Shown here: piece by piece, positions 50,350-62,300 of the stretch
Layout of the letters: every line of letters starts with the position of its first letter
How positions within the stretch are numbered: position 1 is the first letter of the stretch
Origin: Psammoneis japonica
Taxonomy: Eukaryota
Length of the DNA stretch: 64,000 bases
Direction: 5' to 3'
NCBI GenBank assembly: GCA_008632985.1
Contig: QPGO01000003.1
Span: 868,001-932,000, forward strand
Translations under genes and position numbers: made by a program
Notes under the pieces: model-generated
Seen by the model: only the letters and a program-made list of their open reading frames with translations
Told to the model about the DNA's origin: nothing
Databases searched by the model: none

Positions 50350-52059
50350 GCACTTCTGAGCTTGATCATTGTTGTTTGCTTGCTCCTGTCAATGGGACCG
50401 CGTTGGGGAACAAAGCAACGTCACGAGTGCACTGAGCACTTTAACTTGTTCCACACCAGCAAAGGCAAAGAGGGCTGGGACCCGAACAACACCGAGGAGG
50501 CGCATGTCAAGTCCAAGGTCACGACGTCGGAAATCATCCGCCCGTTTCTGCATCGAAACCTTGGTGGTCACAAGGATCACAAATCGTCTGACAAGGCTCT
50601 TGGTGGCTACAAAAGAGCCTCCAGTGAGCATTTTGTTGAATTGGCCATTGACGGAACCCATCGAAGTGCATGAATTGTCGCTTCACCCTGTTGGTTGTTG
50701 TTCATGCTCACATTCGCCGCGACTCACGATGATCTTTTTTTTCCTTGAGACGCGTTCCAGCTCTGGGTGGGACCTCGCACTGCTGAACTGTGACACAATT
50801 GTTTTTTGTCATCCGTCGCATGTTTCGCACGCACATTTCTGCATGTTCCATTATAAAAAATTGTTCCACACTGCCTGTTTTGCGAAGCCAAAGGCTTTCT
50901 GTCATCTGCATTTGTGTCAATGAAAATGCGCTGGGTGTGTTCTTCAATGTCTGAAGAATGTGCCCGGGCATGCTGTAAAGAATGCACTTCAAGTGTGGAG
51001 GAGGAGATGCATTTGCAAAATTGCCTCTTTTTCTGTTGGCTGTCATTCATGTGTCCATTGCTTGACAATTTTACTGCGGAGCTCGCATGTAGAATTCTGC
51101 GGGCCCAATGTCACAAAAAGTCCCACCTGGGACTGGAACCCGTCTTGACAGAAGCATGCCTGGCAGACAAGGAGAAAACAGGCGCATGGGCAACTCAAGA
51201 AACAGCAGGACAAGGGGTCGCATGGCTGCCGCAAGGAGGAGATGACAACGACGACTGCGACAGTGCCGACGACAGCGACTGCGAGTTCGAGGAGCAAGAA
51301 GATGAATCTGAGGAGGAGGCGGATGACAAAGGCAACAGCGACGAGCAACAAGAACCCATGAGCACTGGCAATGTGAAGAGCCCCAGTGCTGCACCAAGCA
51401 AGAAGTCCAAGACAAAGAGGACTCCCAAGAGCTCCTCGAAAAAGAAGCAGGGCGCAGAAGACTCTCGTCTTGCAAGAGAAATGCAGGAGAAGCTGAACAT
51501 CTCCAGCTGCGCGCGCCACGTCCGAGACGACATTTTGCCATGCTCCCTTCATGTCTGGATGGAGCCGGACTCGGGGATCAACTACGTCACGATCGAAATC
51601 GAGCTCCTTGGCACGATGGTGGCGCAGGACTGCAAGCCGAGCATCGCACGCGATGGTGCAGAGGCAACTGTGGAGTGCAGGTTCCCAAATGGCGGGGACC
51701 TGATGGACCCAGCACACCTTTTGTTGACTCACAAGGATCACATTGATTTTTCAGATCAGCACCCGAAGCATTCAGCTAAGCAGAAAGCAATGAGGGCCTT
51801 GAAAGAGTTGAGCTTTGACAAGGAAGAAGACAGGAAGCTCCACATTGAGCTTCCTTTCCCTTGCGATTCGAGTGGATTCTATGATCCACTCAAGGATGAG
51901 GATAACCAGCATCCAGCGGTCAACCTGCATCCGATTCATCCATGGGAGAGTGTTCCTGAAGGTGCACCGAAAGCATCTATGAAGAAACTAGAGCTGACCC
52001 TGGAGAGCTTGGAAAAACCTGGGCGTGCGCAAGAGGTCGTGTCGGCCAGTTTCTTCTAG
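50350..52059 (+). pseudogene. Probable second (accessory) gene of the Harbinger-like element, divergent from the transposase and carrying a MITE
   Basis: Coding-like segments ~50450-50670 and 51150-52059 (acidic tract, then YVTIEIELLG...LHIELPFPC); head-to-head with the transposase in the same eroded tract. Confidence 0.45.
50749..51144. mobile_element. 396 bp MITE, copy 2 (inverted relative to copy 1)
   Basis: Same TIRs and length as 33402-33797; 4 bp TSD TTGA (50745-50748 / 51145-51148). Confidence 0.93.
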
Positions 52060-52879
52060 GCAGCAGCACACAATGTAGTTGTAAATCTAGATTGCATTGT
52101 TTGGGGTGCTTTTGGCTAGCTCTAATTTTTCTGTAGGATGTTTTTCAAATCTAGCTCTTGCTTGTGCAAGGCACTTGCTTGCGAGCAGCATGTGCTGGGC
52201 CGACTGATGGGGTCCAGCACTCCTGGATGAAATCAGAGTGAGAATGTCAGCCTGGCAAGACATCTGGACAAACTCCTTTCACATCGTAATTGACCTGCCG
52301 TTCACGGCAGTGGTCTTCTTCCCGTGTGGATCCGCAGCTGACCTGGATGCACAGACGACTGATCTGCGCCGAATCCCGTTTCGCGTTTGCAGAACAGGCA
52401 TCCAAACTTTGCGCATCAGAACATGACTTTCCCGCAGCTTCAAGAAGCGCACAGCGCAGATTGCAAGCGAGACTGCATCTGTCTTGCCCCCCGCTTGCTC
52501 TTGCAGTGGACGAGAACATGCAACAGATGCAGATGTGAATGACTGTGATGCAACAACAGATGATTCAGCAAGGTGCACAACTTCAGGCTGGTCTTGATGA
52601 CCGGACACCTGCAGCTCAGGCACTCTTCACCTCAAGAGGACCAAGGCGATTGCTCTCCTTCATCAGCTGCCTTGACGGAAAGAAAGCTGATGTTGCTGAT
52701 TGTTGTTTGAACAAGAACTTGGCAGCCAATTCTGCGATCAAGCACAACAAGGTCTGGGGTCACACAGAAATGAAGCTCCAAATCTCTGACTTTGAGCAAG
52801 CTGGCAATGGGCATTGTCATCTGCATCAGAGCTTGGATGATGACAAATCGAGAACAACACTCTCATGATGACACCGCCA

Positions 52880-53141
52880 GGCCTGTTCCAGCTCCAGGTG
52901 TTCCGCACGGGTTCAATTTCCATCATTTGGAAATTTGTGCATTTGGCGCAATTGACTTTTTCCAAATCCGTTTTTTGCCAAATCGAAGGGTGAGCGCACA
53001 CTTTACATGCATTTTCGGGTGTACACTCACCTTTCGATTTTCGAAACGATCAAAATTGAAGGAGTCAATTGCACCAAACTGCACAGAAAATCGGCCTCTC
53101 TTGCGTGATGAAAAGCAGAGCACCTGGAGCTGGAACAGGCC
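52880..53141. mobile_element. ~260 bp MITE of a related family
   Basis: 21 bp perfect TIR GGCCTGTTCCAGCTCCAGGTG / CACCTGGAGCTGGAACAGGCC; TSD not clear. Confidence 0.8.
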
Positions 53142-53736
53142 AACATGAGATTGATCAGTGATGCTGTGACCCCATTCTTCAGATGACCAACAAGAATGAA
53201 CCTGCATCATCGTGTGATTGATTTGCAATTTTTGACTTCCGATCAATTCTGCATGATCATTCTGACCTTTGTGCGCATCCACGATTGGCGTGCAAAACAC
53301 ATCAGTCATGTGGAGAACCGTTCGGCACATCAAGAAAGGTGGAATCAAATGATGGAACCCTCCCATGCCGACAATGCAAACAACATCGGACGAGACAACA
53401 TCGCCAGCAGGACAATCCCAGGAGAGGCATCCCCCCCATGATTTCATTTCCGGCATGACCGCAGTGGAAACTGCCACCTGGTGAATCATTGCTTCCTCCG
53501 GTTCTCCAAAACACTGACTCCACCGATTGCACATCCTGGAAAATCCATTTCAATCCGTTCCAGTGCAGATTGGTTGCGCAGATCGTTGTGGGTGGACACC
53601 TGAATGATTCCAAAAACATGATGCCCCAAATCCAGAAAATCCGCTTCCTTGGCTTGTCGGCAACCACAATCTGGCAGAGGCGAGACAACAAGTCTTTATC
53701 TGCGAGTGAAGTGTCATGTTGTTTTAGATCAGCACA

Positions 53737-54966
53737 TCAAAGGAAGTGTTCAGAAGCACCTCTTTGGTTCTTCTGATTGCTCCGTGAGTCAATGAAGCAC
53801 TCGTTGAAAGCTTGGCAGTCAGAGACTGCTGTAGACTGCAAAGGGAGCCGCCAATCACAAATGTCTCGAATCTTGTCCAGACGCACAACCAGGTTGTTTC
53901 CTCCAACCAGATGGGGTGCAGGATCCCCGTGAACGTCCACGGCCCCTTGAATCAATTGCACAGCAGGAACTGCAATGTTGTCCGATGGCGACGGGTGTGA
54001 AATCTTGGGAACAGGAGCTAAATTTCCACGTGCCGCAGCAAACGCACTGGCGCTGTCACGATGAAGGGCACCCATGCCGAATGACCAAACTCCCACAAAC
54101 TGTGCTGGTTGTCCAGCAGGCATGTTTGCACGATGCCACAATGCTGCCAGTGCAGCAAATGGACGTTTTCCATTGGCAACTGCAGGTCCTGACCATTTGT
54201 AGATTTTGACACCGAGGGCATGGTCTGATTCAGGTTGTTGCAAGCAAGTGCCGAGCTGCTCCATCAGCCCCTTTGGGCCACGATTGCCAATCTCGAGCTC
54301 CACAACAAGAGGAGATCTGAGTTGAGGATTCGTCGGTGGCTGGTTTGGACAGCTGCGCTGCAAAAACGCGTCTGGAGCAATGGTGGTGCCCAAGATTAAA
54401 ACATGATCTCCATCACTGTCGACATCAAATGTTCCGTCACATTGATCCAAAAAGGTGCCAAGGTCAAGAATTGGACGAGCCACGCTCTTTGAGTGGGCAT
54501 CTCCATGTGAAATCTTGACAATGAGTGAGCCCTTCTCTTTCGTCAATGCATGCCAGAGCTTGGCAATCCCTGTCCCCACCAGGGCTTCTCGTTTGAACTC
54601 CAAGCTTGGTGATTTGGAGACATTTTGCAAGACCAACAAAGGCCCGGCAAGATTTGGTTCTTCCTCACCTCGTTTCTCAAACTCAAGAGCTGCAGTTCGA
54701 AGGTGATCTTTGGTGAGAGTCGTCGTGGAGCTTGCTGGCTTGCAAACACACTCGCTGCTGCCTGTTTCATTCTTGTTCTCGCAACGCAACAACTCGGATT
54801 TGACCGCAGCCGTGAACGAGTCTCCTTTGCTGTTCTTCTCGGATGATTCGGCAGACGGCATTGACACGACGGCACTTTGCCCAAGAGACGGCAAGGGTGC
54901 CGGTGTGAGGTTCGACAGCGCCAGCAGTGCAAGAAGGCATCGTCGAAGGAGGCGGGGCAAGAACAT
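53737..54966 (-). pseudogene. TA-eroded but still open gene for a Uma2/PD-(D/E)xK nuclease-like (Crinkler-related) protein
   Basis: 409 aa frame with GDAHS, IAPDA, PLVVELEIGNR and ALGVKIY; only one Tyr in 409 aa. Confidence 0.5.
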
Positions 54967-55595
54967 TTGTGCTGTTCCTCTCTGTCATGCCGTTGTGTTG
55001 AACACCAATGATGACTTGAAATTTTGTACGAACAACAGCCCCACATGTGATACATCGATGGAAAGCTGAGAGTCTGCTCATTCCATTGGGGGGAGAATGG
55101 GGGGTAAGCACTAACGGTTTGTTCGGAAGATGAGGTGTAAGTTTTAGGTGTGATCATTGAAATATATATATTTATTAAAATAATAAATGTTGCGCCTTAT
55201 TTCTCTGATTGGCGAGGAACCGAAATGGGGGAACGTTTTTGATTGAGACGCTAAACACGATTTGATTTGGACCGTTGATATTTTAGTGCATTCTCCAGAC
55301 ATGAAGGCGTGCACTAAAATACACAGGTCCCGGTGTCAAAAACTCCAATGCGCGACCCTCAAGCATAGTGTTCCCCCATTTCAAAGTCATCGAAAATATC
55401 CAGAAACACGGTACTTCTATACGGTACGATTTTAAAGCGCGACCGTCTGCCTTGCCCCCCGCTCTTGCACTTACTGTACTTCGCGAAATCATCACGACAA
55501 TGGTGCGATGGGGGAGAGTGCGGAGGCGCAACTACATCATGAACATTATGGTGGCGACGAAATATGCAAAACCCATAACATAATGATTATTAGCC

Positions 55596-57360
55596 ATGTC
55601 AAGTAGAGATTTTGTTGCTGAAGAAACCCTCCGCCAGCAGGCTGAAGAGGGATCCGCTCGATTACCCGATACGTTGCAAAGTTTTCTGTCTCATGTAGGA
55701 GTTGTCAACCCAGCAGCAGTCGCATCATCATCGTCCGACGTGATTCTTGGAAATAATAATGACACGACGGAACAAATTATAAGCGATGAGAATGGTGAAG
55801 AATCCATTTTTGAATCCATTCTTGACCTAACAGCCGAGCGACTCCAATACGTCTTTGATATGTTTGATGCCGACAAGGACGGGAGAATATCGTATGAAAC
55901 CTTACGAAATGGAATCGAGTTTCATACGGCGGGCCTTCATGATTCTTCCTTGTTGGACGAAACGAGCTTTCAACAGCTAGTCAAGTATCTTGACTTGGAT
56001 GGGAGTGGTGACATTTCGTTTGAAGAATTTTCCGAGGGAATTCGTCTCCTTATGCTTCGAAACATTGTTCTTTGTTCCTCGTCTGAGGAAGGACCGCCCG
56101 AGGAGCCATCGCTCGAGGTGATTGACTATGAGCCGATTCAGTTTGAACGAAAACTTGTTTTCAATAGAGGCGCTCATCTTCCAAATAATCAGCAACAAGA
56201 ACCATGGACTCGAGGGATTTTTATTTTCAAAGGAGAGCGGACTGGGTCAAGACTCGATGGATCAATGTGTACCCATCCTCGCCGGTGGCAGCATCCGCCA
56301 TGGACATGAAGCGCTTGGCAATCAAATATCTATTGCATCCATTGGCACTTGAGGATGCTCTGTCACCAGAAATTCAAAGACCCAAGGCAGAATTGTATTC
56401 CAATCATTACTTTATCATGATTCCCGTGTTTGATTTGGAATGGACCACGTTGGAACGAAACCCTAGCCCTGGTGCTGCGTCATCATTTCGGAAAACAGTC
56501 AAGGCGATTCTGTGTTTTTTCCCTGTTCTGATCCGTGGGTGGTTTCAAAAATGCAAAATAGTCCATCCAATCGTACTGAAACGACAAGAGAAAAGCCTGG
56601 AATCAAGCACATTACCAGTATATGCGTGAGGCTGGTTAGTATCTTTGTCAATGTTCCCAAAGATGACACAATCATTACCTTTACCAACAATGGCGTTCAT
56701 GCTACAACTTTAGACATGAGCAGTAGTGGATTCAAGCACCATCTTTGGCGACGTGTTCAACACGAGCTGGAAAAGAGTTACTCCAAATTGAGACAATACG
56801 ATGCGCAATATCTGACTTATGCTCTCTTGGATGAAGCTGTGGATTTGATCCATCCCATTGTGAAAAAGATGAGGCATGAAATCGAGCAAGAAAGAGATTT
56901 TTAGAAAAGAAAAATAGCTATCGAAACCTCAAGCGCATTCACAAGCTCAAGAGCGAACTGGAAAAGATGGGCCGAAGACTCAAGCCCTTTACGAGACTAC
57001 TAACGCACATGATTGAAGACGACGCCATCAAGGACGGCGTTACCGTGTACCTCCGAGATGTGCTTGACAATTTGGAGAGCGCCGACGAAGAGGTCAAGCA
57101 GCTTATTGTGGATTGCGAGTCTGTCGATTCCGATGCTGACAAGTTCCAGTCGCAGCAAATGGATTCCACCCTGTACGCTCTAACTGTCATTTCAGCCGTG
57201 TTTTTGCCGGCACAATTCTTGACGGGGGGTTTATGGAATGAACTTTACTCACATGCCAGAATTGTCGGAAGAGTGGGCGTATCCCACGTTTTGGATCTTG
57301 TCGGTCTTTTTAATGGTTACTTTGTTTGTCGCGTTGAATTTTGGTCGACTAAAGCGATGA
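55596..57360 (+). CDS. EF-hand-containing CorA/MIT-family Mg2+ transporter (frameshifted in this sequence)
   Basis: DADKDGRISYE and DLDGSGDISFEEF EF-hands; YLLHPLALED, RPKAELY, YALLDEAVD, YLRDVLDNL, LTVISAVFLP; GVYGMNF appears after a one-base shift at the G run ~57225; about four frame changes. Confidence 0.85.
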
Positions 57361-58233
57361 CGAGGAGCCGTAGTTGTGGGCCGCTCTTATGTATGAGCTT
57401 GAAGCCTGTCATGAAAGGAAATACTACCACTTCGTTGCAAACAACAGAGTTTAATTACGCTCCTTTTGGAATTTTTCATTTTGAAAGGCCGTATCGGTTT
57501 TTACAGTGATGTACATGAGCTGGTATCGTTTGGTGATTAAATAAATCGCTACAAATGCTCACAGCAGCTTTCATCACGAGTTGACGTACCGTATACGCTT
57601 GGATGAATTTGTACTGTAGATAGGATTTGTCCAATCGTCGAAAGAGGCGGCACAAGATTGAAGAAAAGGAAAGTTCCCAAGTAAGTAGCTCTCTGCTTGG
57701 CCAAGGCATCTGATATGTAAGAAGGCGCATAGCTACCGTTTGTATGACGTCCATCAAAAACTAAAAGGATAGTAGAGTGCATCTACGGCACCATCGCTAC
57801 GCATTTACTACACAACTTACGCACTAGCGATTTTGCGGCTATGGTGCCCTGACCTGGAACATTTCCGAACCATTCTTACCGTGAAACAACGTCCCTGCAG
57901 CGACACATACTAGTCGGGAAACGCAACGTGGCTTTCGGGCCGACGAGACAATGAGAGGTCCGTGCGATATACCCGTAGCAATTGTTTGAAGTAGTGTGTT
58001 CTTTTGTTGGATGGCAATACGATACGTCAACTTCTCACGGAAAATGGTTGCATTGGGGAAGGTATTGGTTGAACACAAAGAGCACAGCTACAATCTGAAT
58101 GGCATCAACGAGGAAAGTCATTGGGTCTAGCTAGTTCGTATAGCAAGCTACATGGCGCTAGTCTACACAACATCTACCGTCACATGGAACTGAGACCGAC
58201 ATGCACGTTCTCAAAACATCCACTAAAAACTTG

Positions 58234-59330
58234 CTATTCTTCGAGAGCTCTCTTGACGCCTCTTTTTCCAACTCCTTTCTTGACAAAGCTCGGGTTGTGC
58301 TTTAAGAACCAAAACACAAAGTTATCGTCGCTTTGACGACCAGCCAACACGTGCGGCCAGAGAGCATCAGGAACTCCATTTTCTCGGCGCAGCAGGTGTC
58401 GTCCGGCACGGTTCATTTTGCAGTAGCAGTCCATTTCATCTTGAGATGCACGGTTGGGCATTTCCACAGAAGTCAAAGAATACGAAGCCTCGCCGATTTC
58501 TTCGGGTGAAATGGTGAGCACAGTGCAATTCCGCAATACGAGACTTTTGAGAGTCGGCAGTGATAGAACCTCTTTGCTAATTTGAGTCAATTCTGTACAG
58601 GCAGCCGCATCCAGCTCCTCCAGGTTTCGAAGCGATCCCATTGCAGGATGCAGCTCTTCAAGACCACGACAACCGTACAAAATCAAGTTTGTCAGATTCG
58701 ACAGACTGCTTGTGCGAATGCTTTCCAAGAATTCTCCTGTGCAATGCAAAATGCCACGCAAAGAGAGAGTTTTCAGCTTGGACAGCTGACCAATTTCAAC
58801 AGGAACTTCAGCGAGACTGACACACTTAGAAAGTTTGAGGACCTCCAACTGATGCAACTGTCCAATTCCCGGGGGCAGCCGAGTGAGGGAAAAGCAATTA
58901 ACCAATTCCAACCGCTTCAGACGCAACAGCCGAATCAAACCATGAGGCAATCGTTCGAGCTTCAAGCAATTGTTCAATCGCAATTCCTTTAAGCTTGTCA
59001 ATTGTCCCAACTCATCAGGCAACTCAGTCAGTCTCTGCAACATCCAAGGTCCAACACTTCGAGTTTTGTCAAACGCCCAATCTCTGGAGGCAGTCGCTGG
59101 AAATTTACACAATTCTTCACGTCTAACTCCACCAGTCGGCGCAACATGCCGATCTCGGGTGGCAACTCAACCAATCTTGAGGTCCACGACACGCAAATTT
59201 TTTTTGCATGAGCACACCCTTCGCATCCTGGTTCAACTTCAACACTGCAGAATGTCGTGAATGCCTTCTCTGACAGTCCTACAGCTCGCACCATGGCACC
59301 GAGGATTCTGGCAGATGCGCCGTCCGCCAT
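58234..59330 (-). CDS. Leucine-rich-repeat protein, frameshifted near 59040, 5' part TA-eroded
   Basis: Repeats of LxxLPxxIGxLxxLxxLxLxxC; C-terminal NRAGRHLL...LWPHVL motif typical of diatom LRR families. Confidence 0.8.
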
Positions 59331-62300
59331 TCTGCAGCAAATGTCGAGCTAGATGCGCGGCCCTCAAAAGGCGATGTGTCTTTGCGCACTCAGCACCGTC
59401 TTTCACAAAAAACGAAAGACCTCACGAGTTGGACGATGAACGCAAACAGTCGATGGTGACTGTTGTCGACAGCAACGTTTGTGCCGGCCGCGGGTGCTGG
59501 CTGTAGAGCACGCACGCACGTGCGTGTGAGGAGGTTGCGTGCAACGTCACCCAGTGGTGCGGTGTGAAGTGCAGACGGCGCAGTGGGATGAAACGGCGTC
59601 ATGCAGGTGGGGAACGGGTTGCAACTTTAAACTTGCTGTGCCACCTGTCGTCACAACAATCAGTCATGCAATCGAAAGCCTTTGTCTCCAGTCTGCCTGA
59701 TGGCGCACTCCTTTCGTGTCTTGATGGTCCTGCTCATAAATTTCACCTGGACTCTCCTTCTTGACCAAATCCATTGTCCAGTCATTGACTGTCCTGGGTG
59801 ACAAACAAAAGAACTCAGCTCCACAACAAAGCCAAAGCTTTTCATGGTTGTCCCACACTGTTTCATGCTGGAACCACTTTGCCAGCTTCATGGCATCAAA
59901 TGCGATCTCCTCTTTGTCCATCACCAGTCTGCAAAAGTACCTCCTCGCCTGGATCTTTCTCCAAGTGGTCCACACATTCCTTTTTTGTCCATTCCACAAG
60001 TTGGCATGCTGATGCTGGACATGTCCTTCAAAGCACAAAAATGCCAATCCTGTCCATGGCTGATTTCATGTCCCTTGACACCACTGCAAACTCATCTCTC
60101 GTCTCACTCTCTCCATTGTCATGGCAATGAGTGCTGACACAATGCTTCTCACCTTGCCTGTCCTGGTGGGTCGTGATGTGGTCCCAATGCTCCTTGCACT
60201 TGTGTGCATTTGCCCCATGATTGACAATTGTATTCACCCAGCTGATCTCATCATTCATGGAGAACATGTGGGTGCTGGCATGCATGTGCTCAACTGCTTT
60301 GTCACTCCACTCTCTTGCATGAGCCAAAATCAAAACCATCAACCTGCATTTGTTTTTCCATTGTCCTTCCACACCCACCGGAGTTCCTCATCATCCACAC
60401 AAAATTGAGCACTGTCCAACATGCAAAACATGTTTGTGCAGTCTTGGCGGAGGTGCGGGCCATCTGCATCTTTCCCTCCTCCCCTTCTTGATCCAGCACT
60501 CCCCATTGTCATCAGTGTGTTCCCTTCTCCCAGAGTCAATCAAGCGCTCCACCTCGTTGTGAGCTGTGCCACACTCTGCTGCTGCAATTTGTTCTCTTGT
60601 TTCATCTGTCATGTTTGTCATCTCCTCAAACATTTTTGCCAGCATTTGTTTGGCCAACGGGCCAATGATCTGTCATTTTGCACAACTGGACACATGGTTT
60701 GTGGCAAGGTGTTGTCTCCTCGGAATGGGTGCACCTCTGCTTTTACATTCAATCAAAATTCATGGCAAGATGCATCCAGACATCAGAGGCTGCAACACAG
60801 TGATCATCACATGCCTTCTCACAGTGATTTTTGTTCCTTTTGCAGATGCTGTTTTTACAGTTTCAAACCTCATCAGTTGTGCAGCTGGCAACAAATTTTA
60901 ATCCACAAAAGGCAATTAATTTGGCTGTGGAGACATCTTTTTATCCACAAGAAATCAACTTTAACTTTCAAAAAGCCCCCCTCTTTTCCCATTTTGTGTG
61001 TGCTTTCCTTCACCATGGAAGCTGACAATCATCATCATTGGTTTGTTTCACGTCACATGCTGGTTTTAACATTTAAAGTGACATGTGCAATGAATTCAGT
61101 CCACTGTTCTCAATTGGCTGTGATGCATTGCTTTGGCTTTTTGACATTGATCATCAATGAATGCCAAGTCAATGCTGTGGTCCCGGTTGTTCTGCACCTC
61201 CAATTGGCTTGTGTTGGAGTGTTGCTTTCCTTGCCTCCGTTGCTGTCTTCTTGGCCAGCTGCATCTTCCTCCTCATCTCTTTCATTGCCTGGTGCATCCA
61301 TTGTGTTGTCGTCCTTCTCATCATCACCAGAAAGTTCCATTGTTGCTTGAGTTCTCATCTCCAATTCTGCTTGTTTTTTAGTGTTTCTTCCCTTTTTTCC
61401 TTCACCTTTGCTCTCCTTTTTCTTTCTGCTGTTGGTGCACCACATGTCAAAATGCACACCCTTCTCACTTGCCCTGTCTTCCTTTGCCTCCCCAAGCAGT
61501 TTGTTGAAGCACAGCATTCCTCCATCCTTCCAAGAGTCATGCTGTCATGATGGGTCTGTGTGCAACAGCGCCGGTTTCCCCTCTTCACTCCCTTCATCAT
61601 TTCCCTCCTGCTTGGTCTTGCACTCCCAAACCTTCCAGTGGCTTTCCATCATCAACAGGGCCAGTGCCTTGTTGCTTGCCACAGCCAGATCTGCAGCCTT
61701 GGTGCTGCTGGACTCTGCCATCCTTCTCCACATTGCAGCGCTCTTTGTGAATTTTAGGACATTGTTGCAGAACCATGCACGCACGCCTCCCTGTTCTTTC
61801 TCTTCTCAGACACAACGGTGTCAACCGTCTCATCCTCCCAAGTTGCAAGGAGCTCTTCTTCAATGTTGGCTTTGTCCTGTTTCTGCTTCCTGGTGGATTT
61901 CTTCCTTGCTTCTTTTTTTCTTTTTCTTGCGGATTTCCCTGGCTTGTTTTTCTGTCATGACGACTTCAGCAAAATGAGAACGTCATTGGCAGCCAGCACC
62001 ACACCTGTTCCCACTTTGGAAATGCCCCACTCTGCCACACTTGCCACTCATTGCACTCTTCATTGTCATCTGACACATGGTGTTTCTTTTTCATTGATCG
62101 CACTGAGCATGCTTTTCTTCGCCCAGTCCTCCCATGGTCCTGCCCAGCCCATTCGCGCTTGCTGAACTTGCCATCTGCCATGTTTTTCCGCATCAGCCAT
62201 GACACCTTGCTGCCACTTGCCATGTCCGCTTTCATGAGAAATTTTGCCTTTGGGAACAGCTCTCTCCGTGCCATCTCTTCCACCTCTCTCTTCAGCGATT

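Noticed and set aside
33402..51144. Ordinary CpG deamination or fungal-type RIP as the sole cause of the TG/CA excess
   Set aside because: C to T changes cannot convert TA to TG/CA or Tyr to Cys/His, RIP would raise TA, and CG is still abundant in the Copia. CpG decay is present only as a secondary signal.
47860..52230. Defined TIR/TSD ends for the Harbinger-like element
   Set aside because: No convincing inverted pair found by eye, so only internal coding remnants are reported.
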